Origin: a virus
Lineage: Duplodnaviria > Caudoviricetes
DNA: 44,970 nt
Virus record (IMG/VR): IMGVR_UViG_3300000872_000015
Span: 1 to 44,970 of that record
Reading direction: 5' to 3' (one strand)
Positions 9,972 to 20,093 of this stretch are shown one piece after another. The position numbers and the translations under genes are program-made. A model generated the notes under the pieces. The model saw only the letters and a list, made by a program, of their open reading frames with translations. It made no database searches and was not told the DNA's origin. Every line of letters begins with the position of its first letter. Within the stretch, counting starts at the first letter, position 1.

Positions 9972-10511
9972 TTATTCTGACGCTGCCGCAGCAACCGCAT
10001 CGTAAACTCTCCATGGTTTTAGCTTATTACCATCTGCGTCAAACGGTATTAAGGCTTCACACTCGGCGGTTAGCACTACTATACTTTCGTCATCTTCCGA
10101 TGCACCACCTTCTATACCGGCTGCGATAGATGCGCGTGGAATTTCAATACAGAATTGTTTGCCGTTTTCCATATCGCCCGTGATTTTTACAGAGCGCTCA
10201 ACGGTTACACGCTCAACTCCATGCTCATAAACACTGTCACTAACTTCGCCTCCTAAAAATTCAGACAAATAGGCCGTATTTAATTTCATCAGTTCAAAGC
10301 TTAATGTTAGGGGGTCGGGTCTGCCATTTTTGGAAACGGCGGGAGCATTATCCCCATCGATATAGGCTCTATATTTTGTGGTAGGTTTTGGCAAATTCAA
10401 TTTAAAACTCTTTGAGTTCAAAAGGCTACGGTAATCAGTCAATGATGTACCCATTGCTCCGGATGCGCCACATGCTCCGATTTCTATTTTTGCTACTGAT
10501 TTAAAAAACAT
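9972..10511 (-). CDS. Major tail tube protein
   Basis: 179 aa; synteny; IEIPRASI-type motif. Confidence 0.7.
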   Translation of the reverse strand: MFFKSVAKIEIGACGASGAMGTSLTDYRSLLNSKSFKLNLPKPTTKYRAYIDGDNAPAVSKNGRPDPLTLSFELMKLNTAYLSEFLGGEVSDSVYEHGVERVTVERSVKITGDMENGKQFCIEIPRASIAAGIEGGASEDDESIVVLTAECEALIPFDADGNKLKPWRVYDAVAAAASE

Positions 10512-10526
10512 TGTTAATTCTTTTAG

Positions 10527-11015
10527 TTATTGTTCAATCCAACAGTTAACCCTTATGTTGTGCTTGCTGTGCTTGCTAAAGACCTTTTCCGCTTCGTCTT
10601 TAAATGGTCCGTGAGTAGTTGCAATTTTAAACTTGAAATACTCCTTTGATAAATCAACCTCGTTTGTTGTGTAATTGCCGTCCTTATCTCGAACCGTTTG
10701 TTCCAAAACCAAGCTATTCTTAACGCTCGCATATTTGCCTAAAAGGTTTTCAACTTCTCCGGCTAAATACCTTAGCCGTGTAGAATCTATTTCGCCGTCA
10801 ATGTCGGCTACATATAGATTGATATTAGCGGGAACGCCTCTTATTACATCGTAATTAGTGAGCCTTAGCGTATTGATGATAATAAACTCGCTTTCGATGC
10901 TATTGGGCTTCGGATTATAATTTGACTTATGAACAGTTCCTGAAATAAGATTACTTATTCCGGTAGCTTCACAAATCAAGTACAGTCTGTCTATTATGTC
11001 CAATCCCGTTTTCAT
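10527..11015 (-). CDS. Tail terminator/completion protein
   Basis: Synteny just upstream of tail tube; EFIIINTL and NINLYV motifs. Confidence 0.55.
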   Translation of the reverse strand: MKTGLDIIDRLYLICEATGISNLISGTVHKSNYNPKPNSIESEFIIINTLRLTNYDVIRGVPANINLYVADIDGEIDSTRLRYLAGEVENLLGKYASVKNSLVLEQTVRDKDGNYTTNEVDLSKEYFKFKIATTHGPFKDEAEKVFSKHSKHNIRVNCWIEQ

Positions 11016-11463
11016 CTAAACCAAGTCCGTTAATGATTTCTTTTAAAATTTTCTGAGTTCCCGGTATAGAACCGCTAATTACATCGATGCCCCTTGCCTC
11101 GACATAAATACCGTAATCCATACCCGCTAATCCTACCAATACCCATCCGCTCGAATTATCTCTAATAACTGCTTCCGCTAATCTTAACCCATGCTCACGA
11201 CCCTCAAGTTCTTGATATTCGTCTCCTAATCCGTTTATCGATTCAAATAGCATTTTACCATCCTTAGCTATTGCGTAGCCTATTGATGATTGCAAGTTGC
11301 CTGTATCATCTTCAAACTCCCGATTTTCACGTGCGCTTTTTACAAATGTTTCGCCGAGGTACTTGAAAACTTCCAAGGTCTTTTTATCGGCTTCTTTCTG
11401 CACGTTGTCGATGCGCTTCAGAACCTGACCGAGATTGACAATTTTCATAGTACCCATAAGCAC
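10969..11463 (-). CDS. HK97 gp10-like neck / tail-completion protein
   Basis: DDTGNLQSSIGY and AGMDYGIYVE motifs. Confidence 0.75.
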   Translation of the reverse strand: MLMGTMKIVNLGQVLKRIDNVQKEADKKTLEVFKYLGETFVKSARENREFEDDTGNLQSSIGYAIAKDGKMLFESINGLGDEYQELEGREHGLRLAEAVIRDNSSGWVLVGLAGMDYGIYVEARGIDVISGSIPGTQKILKEIINGLGLDENGIGHNRQTVLDL

Positions 11464-11735
11464 ACATATTGCTGCCGTATTTCGGGCGAATAGATTTTAA
11501 ATGAACGATTGCCAAATTTTACAGTATCACCTTTCTGTGGCTCGAAACCTATATTCCTACAGTAAATTTTACCCTCCGTTTGTATCATACTACCGTCCTC
11601 GTTTAATTTTTGGTTTTGCTCTAAAACGAGCCTCCCTTTAAACTCAACGGCGTTTGATTCTCCCGGCAAATAATCGCCGTTTTGAAAGCTCCCACCTTGC
11701 GGATAGTAGCTAAATGTATGTGGGTATCTTACCAT
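11445..11735 (-). CDS. Head closure protein
   Basis: 96 aa; synteny; KGDTV motif. Confidence 0.55.
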   Translation of the reverse strand: MVRYPHTFSYYPQGGSFQNGDYLPGESNAVEFKGRLVLEQNQKLNEDGSMIQTEGKIYCRNIGFEPQKGDTVKFGNRSFKIYSPEIRQQYVCLWVL

Positions 11736-12076
11736 AAGTTAGATTTGTTTGATATGCCCGGTTGAAAGGTTTTGTAAACGGTATCGGCGGCATCATCGCC
11801 GTATTTGTCATAAATACGTTTTGCCGTTGCCTTTAACGCCTTAATTTGCTCTTCCGTACCATATTTGATAGTTAAATCCCCCTCGGTAAATTCGGGGTTA
11901 TTAATTACCAGCATCATAAGGTCGGCGGCGATAATATCAACTTCTTTAGTAACAGAAGCCGAAAACTCGTAACTCCCATCAATATATGAGTACCTCCGGC
12001 TAATTGCTATCTCAATTTGCTTTGGATTTACATCATCTAAAGCGGGAAAACTTGTTATGGCTTCTGTAATTGTCAT
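11729..12076 (-). CDS. Head-tail connector/adaptor
   Basis: Directly after capsid gene; TEGDLTI motif. Confidence 0.55.
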   Translation of the reverse strand: MTITEAITSFPALDDVNPKQIEIAISRRYSYIDGSYEFSASVTKEVDIIAADLMMLVINNPEFTEGDLTIKYGTEEQIKALKATAKRIYDKYGDDAADTVYKTFQPGISNKSNLW

Positions 12077-12100
12077 GAGTAAGGATATCTTTATCGTTTA

Positions 12101-13189
12101 CTAAGCATCTGCGCCCCAAGCAGTATGCTCAACGTCCAAATAGTATAAACTATCGGGGTCATTCAGCACTGGAAACGCGTTAGCCTCCGCTTTTGTCCAT
12201 TCTTGGAACGGCTCGTGAGTTGCCCACTTGGTTACAAGGGTAAAGTCCCTTTTTGCCATTGTTGCCACTTTTTGAACCTGCGCCGAATTTTCGGCGGCAA
12301 TAGGTCCATATTGAACCTTTCCAACTTCCAAATCCTGTGTAAGCAGGATGCGTCCGCTCTCCCAAGGATTAACAACGGTGCGAGCGTTGCTTGCGCTTTC
12401 GTAACGTGTTGACGGATTAATTACCACGATTTTAGGAAGCATGTTAGCCGCCATATAATCGTTTATAACCTCCAAGGTTACCTGCAAGTTACCGCGGTAA
12501 TTTACCCACGCTTTGATTTTGTTAACCGTATCGGTTGCTTTTTTCAAATAGTTGAAATCGCTTTTACGCATAACAACATATTGAATATTACGACCGTTCT
12601 TTTCGGCGGTATCGCATACAGTTTCAATATCATCGAGTGGGGTAGCAGTTGCCGAAACTGACCATTTAACAGACACCCCAGTTTTGTTTGCCGACGGTAC
12701 GCCAAAGTCAACGGTTTTTTCTGTTACAATTCCGGCGTTATTATCTTTCGACAAGATAATTTGAGCGGTTGATGCGGCTCTCATAGCAAGCCACTCCATA
12801 CGACCGCGTACACCGTTATAACAGAAATCGAAATCCTCAAACACGTGGTCCAAGATTGCTTTCAAATCCGCTTGCCCATTTGCAAATGCAGACAAACGAG
12901 TATATTCGTTCCAATCACTTTCGTTCATGCCACGTTTAATGGCAATTTTAGGAATGTCGCCGCCCATTTTGTTTACAACCTCACGGGTTTTAATCGGTGC
13001 GGTTGCATCGTAAGCGATAACATCAGCCATTACGGGTACTCCCTTCTCGGCTTGCAGTGTTTCCCATTTGAGGTAACTCACGGGTTTCATCCCGAAGAAA
13101 TTAGGGAAATAAACAGGCACAACGGTTTTATTAGTAAACCTTGCGGCCATGTTCTTTTTATTAACCTCTTTTATTAAGCTTCTTTCCAT
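12101..13189 (-). CDS. Major capsid protein (lambda gpE-like)
   Basis: 362 aa; RMEWLA, VDFGVP, ATPLDDI motifs; follows scaffold and decoration genes. Confidence 0.9.
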   Translation of the reverse strand: MERSLIKEVNKKNMAARFTNKTVVPVYFPNFFGMKPVSYLKWETLQAEKGVPVMADVIAYDATAPIKTREVVNKMGGDIPKIAIKRGMNESDWNEYTRLSAFANGQADLKAILDHVFEDFDFCYNGVRGRMEWLAMRAASTAQIILSKDNNAGIVTEKTVDFGVPSANKTGVSVKWSVSATATPLDDIETVCDTAEKNGRNIQYVVMRKSDFNYLKKATDTVNKIKAWVNYRGNLQVTLEVINDYMAANMLPKIVVINPSTRYESASNARTVVNPWESGRILLTQDLEVGKVQYGPIAAENSAQVQKVATMAKRDFTLVTKWATHEPFQEWTKAEANAFPVLNDPDSLYYLDVEHTAWGADA

Positions 13190-13208
13190 TGTTTAATTGT
13201 TTTCTTGG

Positions 13209-13799
13209 CTATTGAAAAAGAATTAATGGCAAAAGTTTTTTAGCCGTTGCATCTACATATTGAGGCATATTTGCTTCGCAAACGGACCCCCTCAAAAGAA
13301 CGCCCACGGGCTGATTATCTTTCGTTAAATCAACCGGGTTAATTGTTACACCGACTGGTGTAACCTTATATTCTCCTGCGCCAGCATCTGCAACGGCGGA
13401 TGCAATAATAATAACATCGCCCTTGGCTAACGCTCCCATAGCTGCGCTTATGGTAATTTCGTCGTAATCATCGTTAGATGTGTTAATTGCCGAAACGGTA
13501 ACAGCCTTTAAGGTCTTGCCCGTATCTACAATGATGTCGCCTACAATAATCCCATGCGCCTTATCCTTTAACACCTGAACCTTAGTTGCATCTGATGCAA
13601 CCGCGGCATAAACCTTTGTGGTTTTAAGTGCGTGGAAAAGCCCGTTGGAATCTTCGCCCACAATTGCGCCCGCTTTCAACTCCGAAAAACCGGTAGTATC
13701 AAAATCGGCGGCGGCAATCGTAGCTCCTCCCGCTAAAACCTCAATTTTAGATTTTATAACGGGGTTGTTTTGATATTCGCTTTTCTTTTCTACGTACAT
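13209..13799 (-). CDS. Head decoration protein
   Basis: Between scaffold and capsid; LKAGAIVG and RGSV motifs. Confidence 0.65.
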   Translation of the reverse strand: MYVEKKSEYQNNPVIKSKIEVLAGGATIAAADFDTTGFSELKAGAIVGEDSNGLFHALKTTKVYAAVASDATKVQVLKDKAHGIIVGDIIVDTGKTLKAVTVSAINTSNDDYDEITISAAMGALAKGDVIIIASAVADAGAGEYKVTPVGVTINPVDLTKDNQPVGVLLRGSVCEANMPQYVDATAKKLLPLILFQ

Positions 13800-13817
13800 T
13801 TTTAACTTTTAAATTCG

Positions 13818-14492
13818 TTAAACATCAAGTTTTACAGTTCCGGGGTCGCTTTCGCCGTTTTCGCCATCCATGAGTTTTTTGTACTCATCTTCCGACAGCT
13901 CGGCGTTACCACCTCCGCCCGGTTCTTTAAGTCCCGCAATACCCAAATCGTTAAGTTCCTGCTTAAATTCCGTAACAGCCGTGTCGATAGTTTCATCATC
14001 GGCATCATCTGCAACGGTAAAGCGTTTATGCAACTTGTCGGGTATTCCTGCAGCTTTAAGCTTGCCGGAAATTGTAGCTGACCTTTCCTCTTTTGCTTTT
14101 GCGGATTTCACGCCGTCAACAACTGTCGAAAGTTCATCTACCTTGGAGAACATTTTCTTAGCCCATGTGGGCATTTCTTCGCCTCCATTATTCGGGTCAT
14201 CATCGGCATCATCAGAACTACCCCCACTTGCAATAGGTTTTCCGTTTTCGTCCAAATTGTGGTCTTTACGGAATTTTTCGATTGCTTTTTTCGATGCGGT
14301 TTCAGTCGCTTTTGTGACTTTGCTGTCCCCGTATGCTTCGAATAAGTCTTCAAATGTCACCCCGTCAACTGCGGTTTGTACATCCTCCTCCTTTGTTACG
14401 GTCTTAGATAAATTCTTTGCCCGTAGTTCAAGCACTTTGCTCGGAATCCCTTTAAACTTGGTTTTCAGAGCGTTTAAAATATTTTCATACAT
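13818..14492 (-). CDS. Capsid scaffolding protein
   Basis: Acidic, helical; MPTWAK motif; position. Confidence 0.7.
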   Translation of the reverse strand: MYENILNALKTKFKGIPSKVLELRAKNLSKTVTKEEDVQTAVDGVTFEDLFEAYGDSKVTKATETASKKAIEKFRKDHNLDENGKPIASGGSSDDADDDPNNGGEEMPTWAKKMFSKVDELSTVVDGVKSAKAKEERSATISGKLKAAGIPDKLHKRFTVADDADDETIDTAVTEFKQELNDLGIAGLKEPGGGGNAELSEDEYKKLMDGENGESDPGTVKLDV

Positions 14493-14521
14493 AGTTTCAA
14501 ATAACTTTTTGTAAAATTTTG

Positions 14522-14630
14522 CATAAAAAAAGCCTTGTCCCGCGGGTACACGGGCAAGGCTTTACTGTATTTCAAAAGTACAGCTATGTATTATTATTCA
14601 CAAATTGAGTTATTAACGCCGTTGTTAACG
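14522..14630 (-). promoter_or_regulatory. Late promoter A: upstream repeat box, -33/-7 promoter and leader terminator hairpin
   Basis: Minus strand CGTTAACAAC-GG-CGTTAATAAC box (14630-14609), TTTG-N20-TACTTTTG (-7 element at 14580-14573), then ACAGTAAAGCC stem-loop GGC-T7; duplicated at 22533-22638. Confidence 0.75.
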
Positions 14631-14662
14631 TTTGGATTTTATTTTCGATTTTCATATCTTTG
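14631..14662 (+). promoter_or_regulatory. Bacteroidota sigma-A type promoter for a small RNA
   Basis: TTTG (14631-14634), 20-nt spacer, TATCTTTG (14655-14662). Confidence 0.7.
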
Positions 14663-14667
14663 TACAG

Positions 14668-14734
14668 ATAATGCAGGTAAGCCATACCTCCTGAGTAAGA
14701 TTCAGCACAAAGTCACTGGCTAACTTGCATTTTT
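14668..14734 (+). ncRNA. Candidate ~65-nt structured small RNA convergent with the MuF gene
   Basis: AATGCAGGT/ACTTGCATT closing stem, AGCCA/TGGCT stem, CTGAGT/ATTCAG hairpin, T-run; consensus promoter just upstream. Confidence 0.5.
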
Positions 14735-16194
14735 CATTTTATAAATTTTATGAAGTGAAAAATTATCTCTCCGGTAATTCTTTTCTCAATTAAATACTCA
14801 ACATTTTTACCTTTAAACTTACCCTTAAATACAAAATAACCTAAAACAAGATTAGCCTTCTTTTCTGATACGTTACTTGAAAATCTATCATAAGTTGATT
14901 CCTTTAGGTGTTTTATGGGATTTTTTAATATTTCAACTTTATCATCAAATAAATCCGCTGAGTACCTTAGGTTTTCAGTATATGAGTTACGGGTAAATAT
15001 CATTTTGCCGTCTCCAAATTCTCTGTGCTTGAATATTTGTTTCCCTATGATATTATCTTTTGCATAATTCAGTACCTCTTTTGCTCTCTTTTTATAAACT
15101 TCTTTTGGAATGTTTTTAAATTGGGCTAATGTTGCATACTTAGGAGATGTTACATTCTTTCTTAATTGATATTTTCCACTACTAAAAGTAAAATTATCTT
15201 TAATAAAATAAGGTTTAGATTTATACCTTGCATATTTCGATGCCATTTTATCGACATAATCTTGCGCTCGTTTCGGAATTGATGTAACTACATTGTTGCT
15301 GTTTAGCTCGCCAGTTTTAAGATAGTTTACAAAATCTTTTGTTGGCGACATTATCGGAACAATATAGCAGATGCACTTTGGATGCCAACCGCCAAACAAA
15401 AAACTCTTTGGATATTTTCCCGCCATGTGGTCGCAAATGTCATCTGCCGGATGCGCACCCGAAAGTTTAACCTCGTAACCGTTAACGAAGTCCATCCCGC
15501 TCCACCTCGCCTGGTCGGAGTGCCTAAATGCCATATTGGTTTCAGTTTGTGCCATTCTAAGCGCATTTTGGTAGCTTGAACGGTACACGCCTTGCCCCGG
15601 ATGGAAATTTTTGGCGGGTTCGCTTAATTTAAGTTTCCCCGTTTTTTTGTCCCTTATCCGCCTAAATCGTTTATCGGGGTTTTGTAGGTAGTTGTTTAAA
15701 TCTGTTGATATTCGTTTAGAGCTTTGCCCGCTTGCAATGCCCGAAGCCCCGTAAAAGGCTATTTGGTCTTTCATGGCTTGCGTAGTTTTCCACACGTCCC
15801 CACTTATTGCCAACCCTTTTTTTTGAAATGCGTTAAACGCTTCTAGCGATCGCACGGAAATACCCTCTTTGACAACTGCAGTAACAGGTAGCCTTTTTAA
15901 ATACGATTCTACAAGCTCGTCCCCATATTGCTTTGATATGCCCATAGCCTCGGCTTTTGCATCGGTAAGCAGTACGGTGTATTGACTTTGAAAATCGGTA
16001 AGGGCTTTTTCAATTTTAGCTTCGATGCGGCTGTTTTTTACCCAAATGTCATTCGCGATCAAAGCCCGGTCAACAGGCGCAAATTGGTTTAAATGCCCCG
16101 ATACTTGGTTTATGGTTTCGGAAAAGAGTTTTTTTATTTTCCGATCCTGTAATAATAAAAGCCTTAAAAATTCCTGTTCCTTTTTAGTTATCAT
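14734..16194 (-). CDS. MuF/SPP1 gp7-like minor head protein with AT-rich C-terminal extension (possible BECR-fold RNase)
   Basis: ALRMAQTETNMA, DICD and WHPKCIC MuF motifs; about 130 extra Lys-rich residues. Confidence 0.75.
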   Translation of the reverse strand: MITKKEQEFLRLLLLQDRKIKKLFSETINQVSGHLNQFAPVDRALIANDIWVKNSRIEAKIEKALTDFQSQYTVLLTDAKAEAMGISKQYGDELVESYLKRLPVTAVVKEGISVRSLEAFNAFQKKGLAISGDVWKTTQAMKDQIAFYGASGIASGQSSKRISTDLNNYLQNPDKRFRRIRDKKTGKLKLSEPAKNFHPGQGVYRSSYQNALRMAQTETNMAFRHSDQARWSGMDFVNGYEVKLSGAHPADDICDHMAGKYPKSFLFGGWHPKCICYIVPIMSPTKDFVNYLKTGELNSNNVVTSIPKRAQDYVDKMASKYARYKSKPYFIKDNFTFSSGKYQLRKNVTSPKYATLAQFKNIPKEVYKKRAKEVLNYAKDNIIGKQIFKHREFGDGKMIFTRNSYTENLRYSADLFDDKVEILKNPIKHLKESTYDRFSSNVSEKKANLVLGYFVFKGKFKGKNVEYLIEKRITGEIIFHFIKFIK

Positions 16195-16571
16195 GCTACT
16201 TTTATCTGTTTCATAACTTTGAACTTATCCAAGGCTTTATAAACTTCGGTAACTATCCACCCCAAAAAGTAGGCTTCGTGTTCGTCGTTGTTTTTCGACT
16301 TTCTAACACCTCGGTTTTCGTAAACAAAACTAAGTATGTGCAAACACTCGTGAGCGATTATTCCGTGAGTTATATTGTCGTATTCCCAATTAGGGTTAAG
16401 CAGTACCATAAAAGCCTGTTTGCTCTGATAATCAAACTGATATGAATGTGCAAATATTTCGCCCGACCTGTGAATATCAAATTCCTTGTTTATTTTCTCC
16501 AGTTCATTGGAAACACAAACAATCAAATTCCCTTTATAAAAAGGTATTTCTGTAACTTCAAACCTAAACAT
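16191..16571 (-). CDS. Hypothetical protein with HExxH (zincin-like) motif
   Basis: IAHECLH...EHEAY. Confidence 0.55.
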   Translation of the reverse strand: MFRFEVTEIPFYKGNLIVCVSNELEKINKEFDIHRSGEIFAHSYQFDYQSKQAFMVLLNPNWEYDNITHGIIAHECLHILSFVYENRGVRKSKNNDEHEAYFLGWIVTEVYKALDKFKVMKQIKVA

Positions 16572-17998
16572 TAAACCTCCGATTCTGCAATACTATTTAA
16601 AGCGTTTGCGCTGTTTTCTTTTTTTATTCTTTCTTTCTCCTGTGGCGCATTTTTTACCATTGGATTATACTCGACAGCCGTTTCCGTACTGATTATCCCA
16701 CCCTGTTTTGCCTGTACTAAATCATCAATAATATCAGATATGTTTTTGGGCAAAATAGAGTTAAAGTTTATGCTGATTTTCATGTTCTTGAAATCATTGG
16801 CATATTTGGCGTTCATTGTTCCGAGCATTGCCATAACCACATTGATTTCGCGTTTTAACATTTCATTCCAAAGCTCTTGTTTTTTATAAGCTTTCATTAA
16901 CGGCTTTAATAAAAGAACTTCAAGTGCCGTTCCCGACAACTCGCCAATGTTCGATTTTATCATATTTAGAAAGTCGATAGCCGCAGAGCTTGAAAACTGA
17001 TAAATAAACTTTTCGGCTAAGTCAAACATAAGCTTTTGCGATTCTGATTGAGTTGGCCATGTAAGATAATCAGCTTCCGATTTTACCATACTTGAGCCGT
17101 CGGGAGTAGGTATATACTCCATTTCCAGTACTTCACCAACTTCTCCCTTTGTGGGCATATTGGCAAGTTTTCCGGCAACCTTTAACTTTGGCTTAGAAAA
17201 ATAATCTACTGTATCGATAAACTTAGAAAAACTCATTTCGGTTTCGTCAATTACCGTTCGGACAGTTTCCCACTCGGCTTTATCCTGTGAATAGTAAACC
17301 ACGGGGATTTTCTTATAGGGGTTTTCTAAGTTTAACGTTTTTTTCCATTCGCCTATATTTTCGGCGTAAATTATCCTTTCGGCGGTGTATATTTCGCACA
17401 TTTCAACTTCCTTGGGATTGCCGTCGATTAGCCGCTTTTGCTTGAACTTTCTCATAAATGCAGTCATGCAATTAGCCCCATCGAACACGCTTTTAAATTC
17501 GCTATTTTCGTATGACAAAACCAACGAAGAAACGCTTTGCAATTCTTTCGGACCGTCGGGGTTTTTGATAAAATATAGTTTCGCGGCTCTTTTTTGCACA
17601 AAAAGTTTTCTCGCTAACGCCTTGCACCGGCTGTGAAAGTGCATGTCGTTCAGAGCCTCGGACAAACACTCAAACGCATCTTCGCCACCGTCGCTGTCTT
17701 TTACTATTGTTACGGGCTTTCCGAGCAAAAAGGCAATTGCACACTCGACTATGTCTTCCTGATAGTTAAGTGCTACCTTTGCAGTGTGGACACTCTTCCT
17801 TTTTCCATCTGCCTCAATGTCTTTATCGGGGCGCAACAAAATTGCGTGTTCGCCGTCGTATATGTTTTGTAAATCTTCTGCACTTGTTGACTGCGAGCCG
17901 GCTTTGTTCTCATATAGCTTATATGACTCGTCCAAAGCCTCTATCCGCTTAATTATATCGGCTACGCTACCGTCCGTAATTTTAACCTCTTTTGCCAT
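16571..17998 (-). CDS. Portal protein (SPP1 gp6-like)
   Basis: FLLGKPV, NPYKKIPVVYY, LSGTAL, ISTETA motifs; follows TerL. Confidence 0.9.
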   Translation of the reverse strand: MAKEVKITDGSVADIIKRIEALDESYKLYENKAGSQSTSAEDLQNIYDGEHAILLRPDKDIEADGKRKSVHTAKVALNYQEDIVECAIAFLLGKPVTIVKDSDGGEDAFECLSEALNDMHFHSRCKALARKLFVQKRAAKLYFIKNPDGPKELQSVSSLVLSYENSEFKSVFDGANCMTAFMRKFKQKRLIDGNPKEVEMCEIYTAERIIYAENIGEWKKTLNLENPYKKIPVVYYSQDKAEWETVRTVIDETEMSFSKFIDTVDYFSKPKLKVAGKLANMPTKGEVGEVLEMEYIPTPDGSSMVKSEADYLTWPTQSESQKLMFDLAEKFIYQFSSSAAIDFLNMIKSNIGELSGTALEVLLLKPLMKAYKKQELWNEMLKREINVVMAMLGTMNAKYANDFKNMKISINFNSILPKNISDIIDDLVQAKQGGIISTETAVEYNPMVKNAPQEKERIKKENSANALNSIAESEV

Positions 17999-18009
17999 TT
18001 TATTTGTTT

Positions 18010-19548
18010 TTAGAATATTCCTAAGTTTTGTTTGCTGTAATTTTCCGATTCGTCAAATAGTATGTTTACCATCTCAAACCATTCTCTCATCATCCACATA
18101 TCCATAAAGTCGGGGGAGTGTTTGATTATATCTTTCATTTTTTCTTTAGATATAACCGCTAATTTGCCGTCGCTGTCGGGCTTTTCTCTTTTGATTGCCC
18201 TGCGCTCGTCAATCAAATGCTTTTCTACAGTTTTGCCGTTAACTACTTTTTTAAGAACCTCCGGCGCAATTGAATAGCCGCCTTTGTTAATTCTATCCGC
18301 CATTTTAAAATAGCATTGGCATTTGAGGTTTTTGTAGTTCTCCCCATTGAGTGCTTTTGAGCCATTTTTAAAGGCACGTGCATTTTTAATAAAGCCGTCG
18401 ATAAAAGAGCCTGCACCGTCATCATCATAGAGTATATGGCTTTGTGGTATGCCGTATTTTCGAGCCGCCATCTTTAGCGTGTCTATTACCTTATCGCCTT
18501 TTGATTTTGATTCGATAAATATGTCTATTAACCGGAAACCGTCCCACACGCCTATAACAAGCAAATCAGATCCTTTAAGAGCAATGTCGGCGGTTATGAA
18601 TTTACGTCCGCCTTTGAGGTATTCGTTACCGAAACAGTCTTTTAGCTTAGTAAAATTGATAAGGTCGTCGCCGCCCAGTTTTATTTTCCAGTTGCCTTTT
18701 AATAGTCTTAGTTGATCTTCCTCGCTTTGTGCTAACAGGTTGGCTAAATATGCGGGGTCTTTTCTTAATAGCTCTTTGTTGCCGTAAATATCCCCCGGTA
18801 TAAATGTAGCGGACTTGATAAGGTCCTGCGGATTTATTTCGGGATCAGCCTCCAATAATTCATTTATGGTGTTTTGGCATTTATCGATTACCTCCTGTTT
18901 TGTATCGCCCCATATAAACTCGTCGCTTTCTTTCATAAAATAGCGGAGCTTTCCCGCTCTATCTGCCAACGGATAACCATATAGCGGACTTTTGTCATCT
19001 TGGCAAATCCACCAACTAATAAAATCGGCTACCCAACTATCGGGGTCGGGGTTACATGTCGCTCTAAAGTATGGCTTTACTCCACATGTCGAACGGTTAC
19101 GTGAAAGCAGGTAGGTAAACATCTTTTCTGAAAAGTGCGTAAGTTCGTCCATCCCAATAAACGGTATCTGCGACCCCTGCCAGTCGTACACGTTTTTTTC
19201 ATATTCTAAATGTGAAAACTTAATTTTACTATTACACGGGAATCTCCATTCGTGCGCCGATTCTATTTGTCTACCTCTAACTACATTGTATATTAATTTT
19301 GACGTATCCCATAATCCTCCGGGGGCTTTAATTTGCGGATATGTTTTTCTGAAAATAACCCCCGCATATCCATTAACCCCAATATTGCGACCGCCCTCCA
19401 TTAGTAAGGTAAATGTTTTACCCGCACCCGCAGCTCCTCCACCAATGGCAACATCGGCAGATGTGGACAAAAAATCCATTTGAAAGCCCTCTTGCGGTTT
19501 TATCGCGTTACCTGACATCAATAGCAATATTAAGATTATAGTTTTCAT
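18010..19548 (-). CDS. terL: Terminase large subunit (start at 19548 or 19518)
   Basis: Walker A GGAAGAGKT, Walker B IGMDE, TCNP, nuclease ADIA...SPDFMD. Confidence 0.95.
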   Translation of the reverse strand: MKTIILILLLMSGNAIKPQEGFQMDFLSTSADVAIGGGAAGAGKTFTLLMEGGRNIGVNGYAGVIFRKTYPQIKAPGGLWDTSKLIYNVVRGRQIESAHEWRFPCNSKIKFSHLEYEKNVYDWQGSQIPFIGMDELTHFSEKMFTYLLSRNRSTCGVKPYFRATCNPDPDSWVADFISWWICQDDKSPLYGYPLADRAGKLRYFMKESDEFIWGDTKQEVIDKCQNTINELLEADPEINPQDLIKSATFIPGDIYGNKELLRKDPAYLANLLAQSEEDQLRLLKGNWKIKLGGDDLINFTKLKDCFGNEYLKGGRKFITADIALKGSDLLVIGVWDGFRLIDIFIESKSKGDKVIDTLKMAARKYGIPQSHILYDDDGAGSFIDGFIKNARAFKNGSKALNGENYKNLKCQCYFKMADRINKGGYSIAPEVLKKVVNGKTVEKHLIDERRAIKREKPDSDGKLAVISKEKMKDIIKHSPDFMDMWMMREWFEMVNILFDESENYSKQNLGIF

Positions 19549-19551
19549 TCA

Positions 19552-20055
19552 TTACCTACCGTTATCAGGCATTATTAATACTCCTGAAGTTGTAACTTCG
19601 GGGTCGGGAATATCATTTAAACGAAATACAATATTCGCCCCTGTTCGCATTGCAGATATTGCTTCTTTTACGGAAATCTCTGTGTTTTTTTGCCCGCCCT
19701 GTCCCTTGCCCACTTTATAGGCTGTTTGTAAAACATCAGTGCCAATCTGTGCCATAAGTTTCCCATACTTGTAAACCTCCGCTAAATCATCTGAGCGGGC
19801 ATCTATTATTTTTTCTTCGGGAGAAAATGACCCGGTTTGATTTGCCTTGTCAATAGCGTGCTGTTTTATCTTTTGGTTAACCTCGTCCCAATCATCATCC
19901 TTTGCCCACCTGCCAACTGTAACATGTGTTACACTTCTGTTAAATTCATCTTTTATTTTAGCAGATATATCCCGTAGCGAGTAGAGTTTGTTTCCATCGT
20001 TGTCAAATTGAGTATAAAGGTCTTTCGCAAATTCTCGTATAATTTCTTTTTTCAT
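19552..20055 (-). CDS. Terminase small subunit
   Basis: N-terminal HTH (SLRDIS...TVGRW), upstream of TerL, C-terminal MPDNGR. Confidence 0.7.
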   Translation of the reverse strand: MKKEIIREFAKDLYTQFDNDGNKLYSLRDISAKIKDEFNRSVTHVTVGRWAKDDDWDEVNQKIKQHAIDKANQTGSFSPEEKIIDARSDDLAEVYKYGKLMAQIGTDVLQTAYKVGKGQGGQKNTEISVKEAISAMRTGANIVFRLNDIPDPEVTTSGVLIMPDNGR

Positions 20056-20093
20056 TTTTTTGCCCGTTACATTAAAATGTTACACTGTTACAA

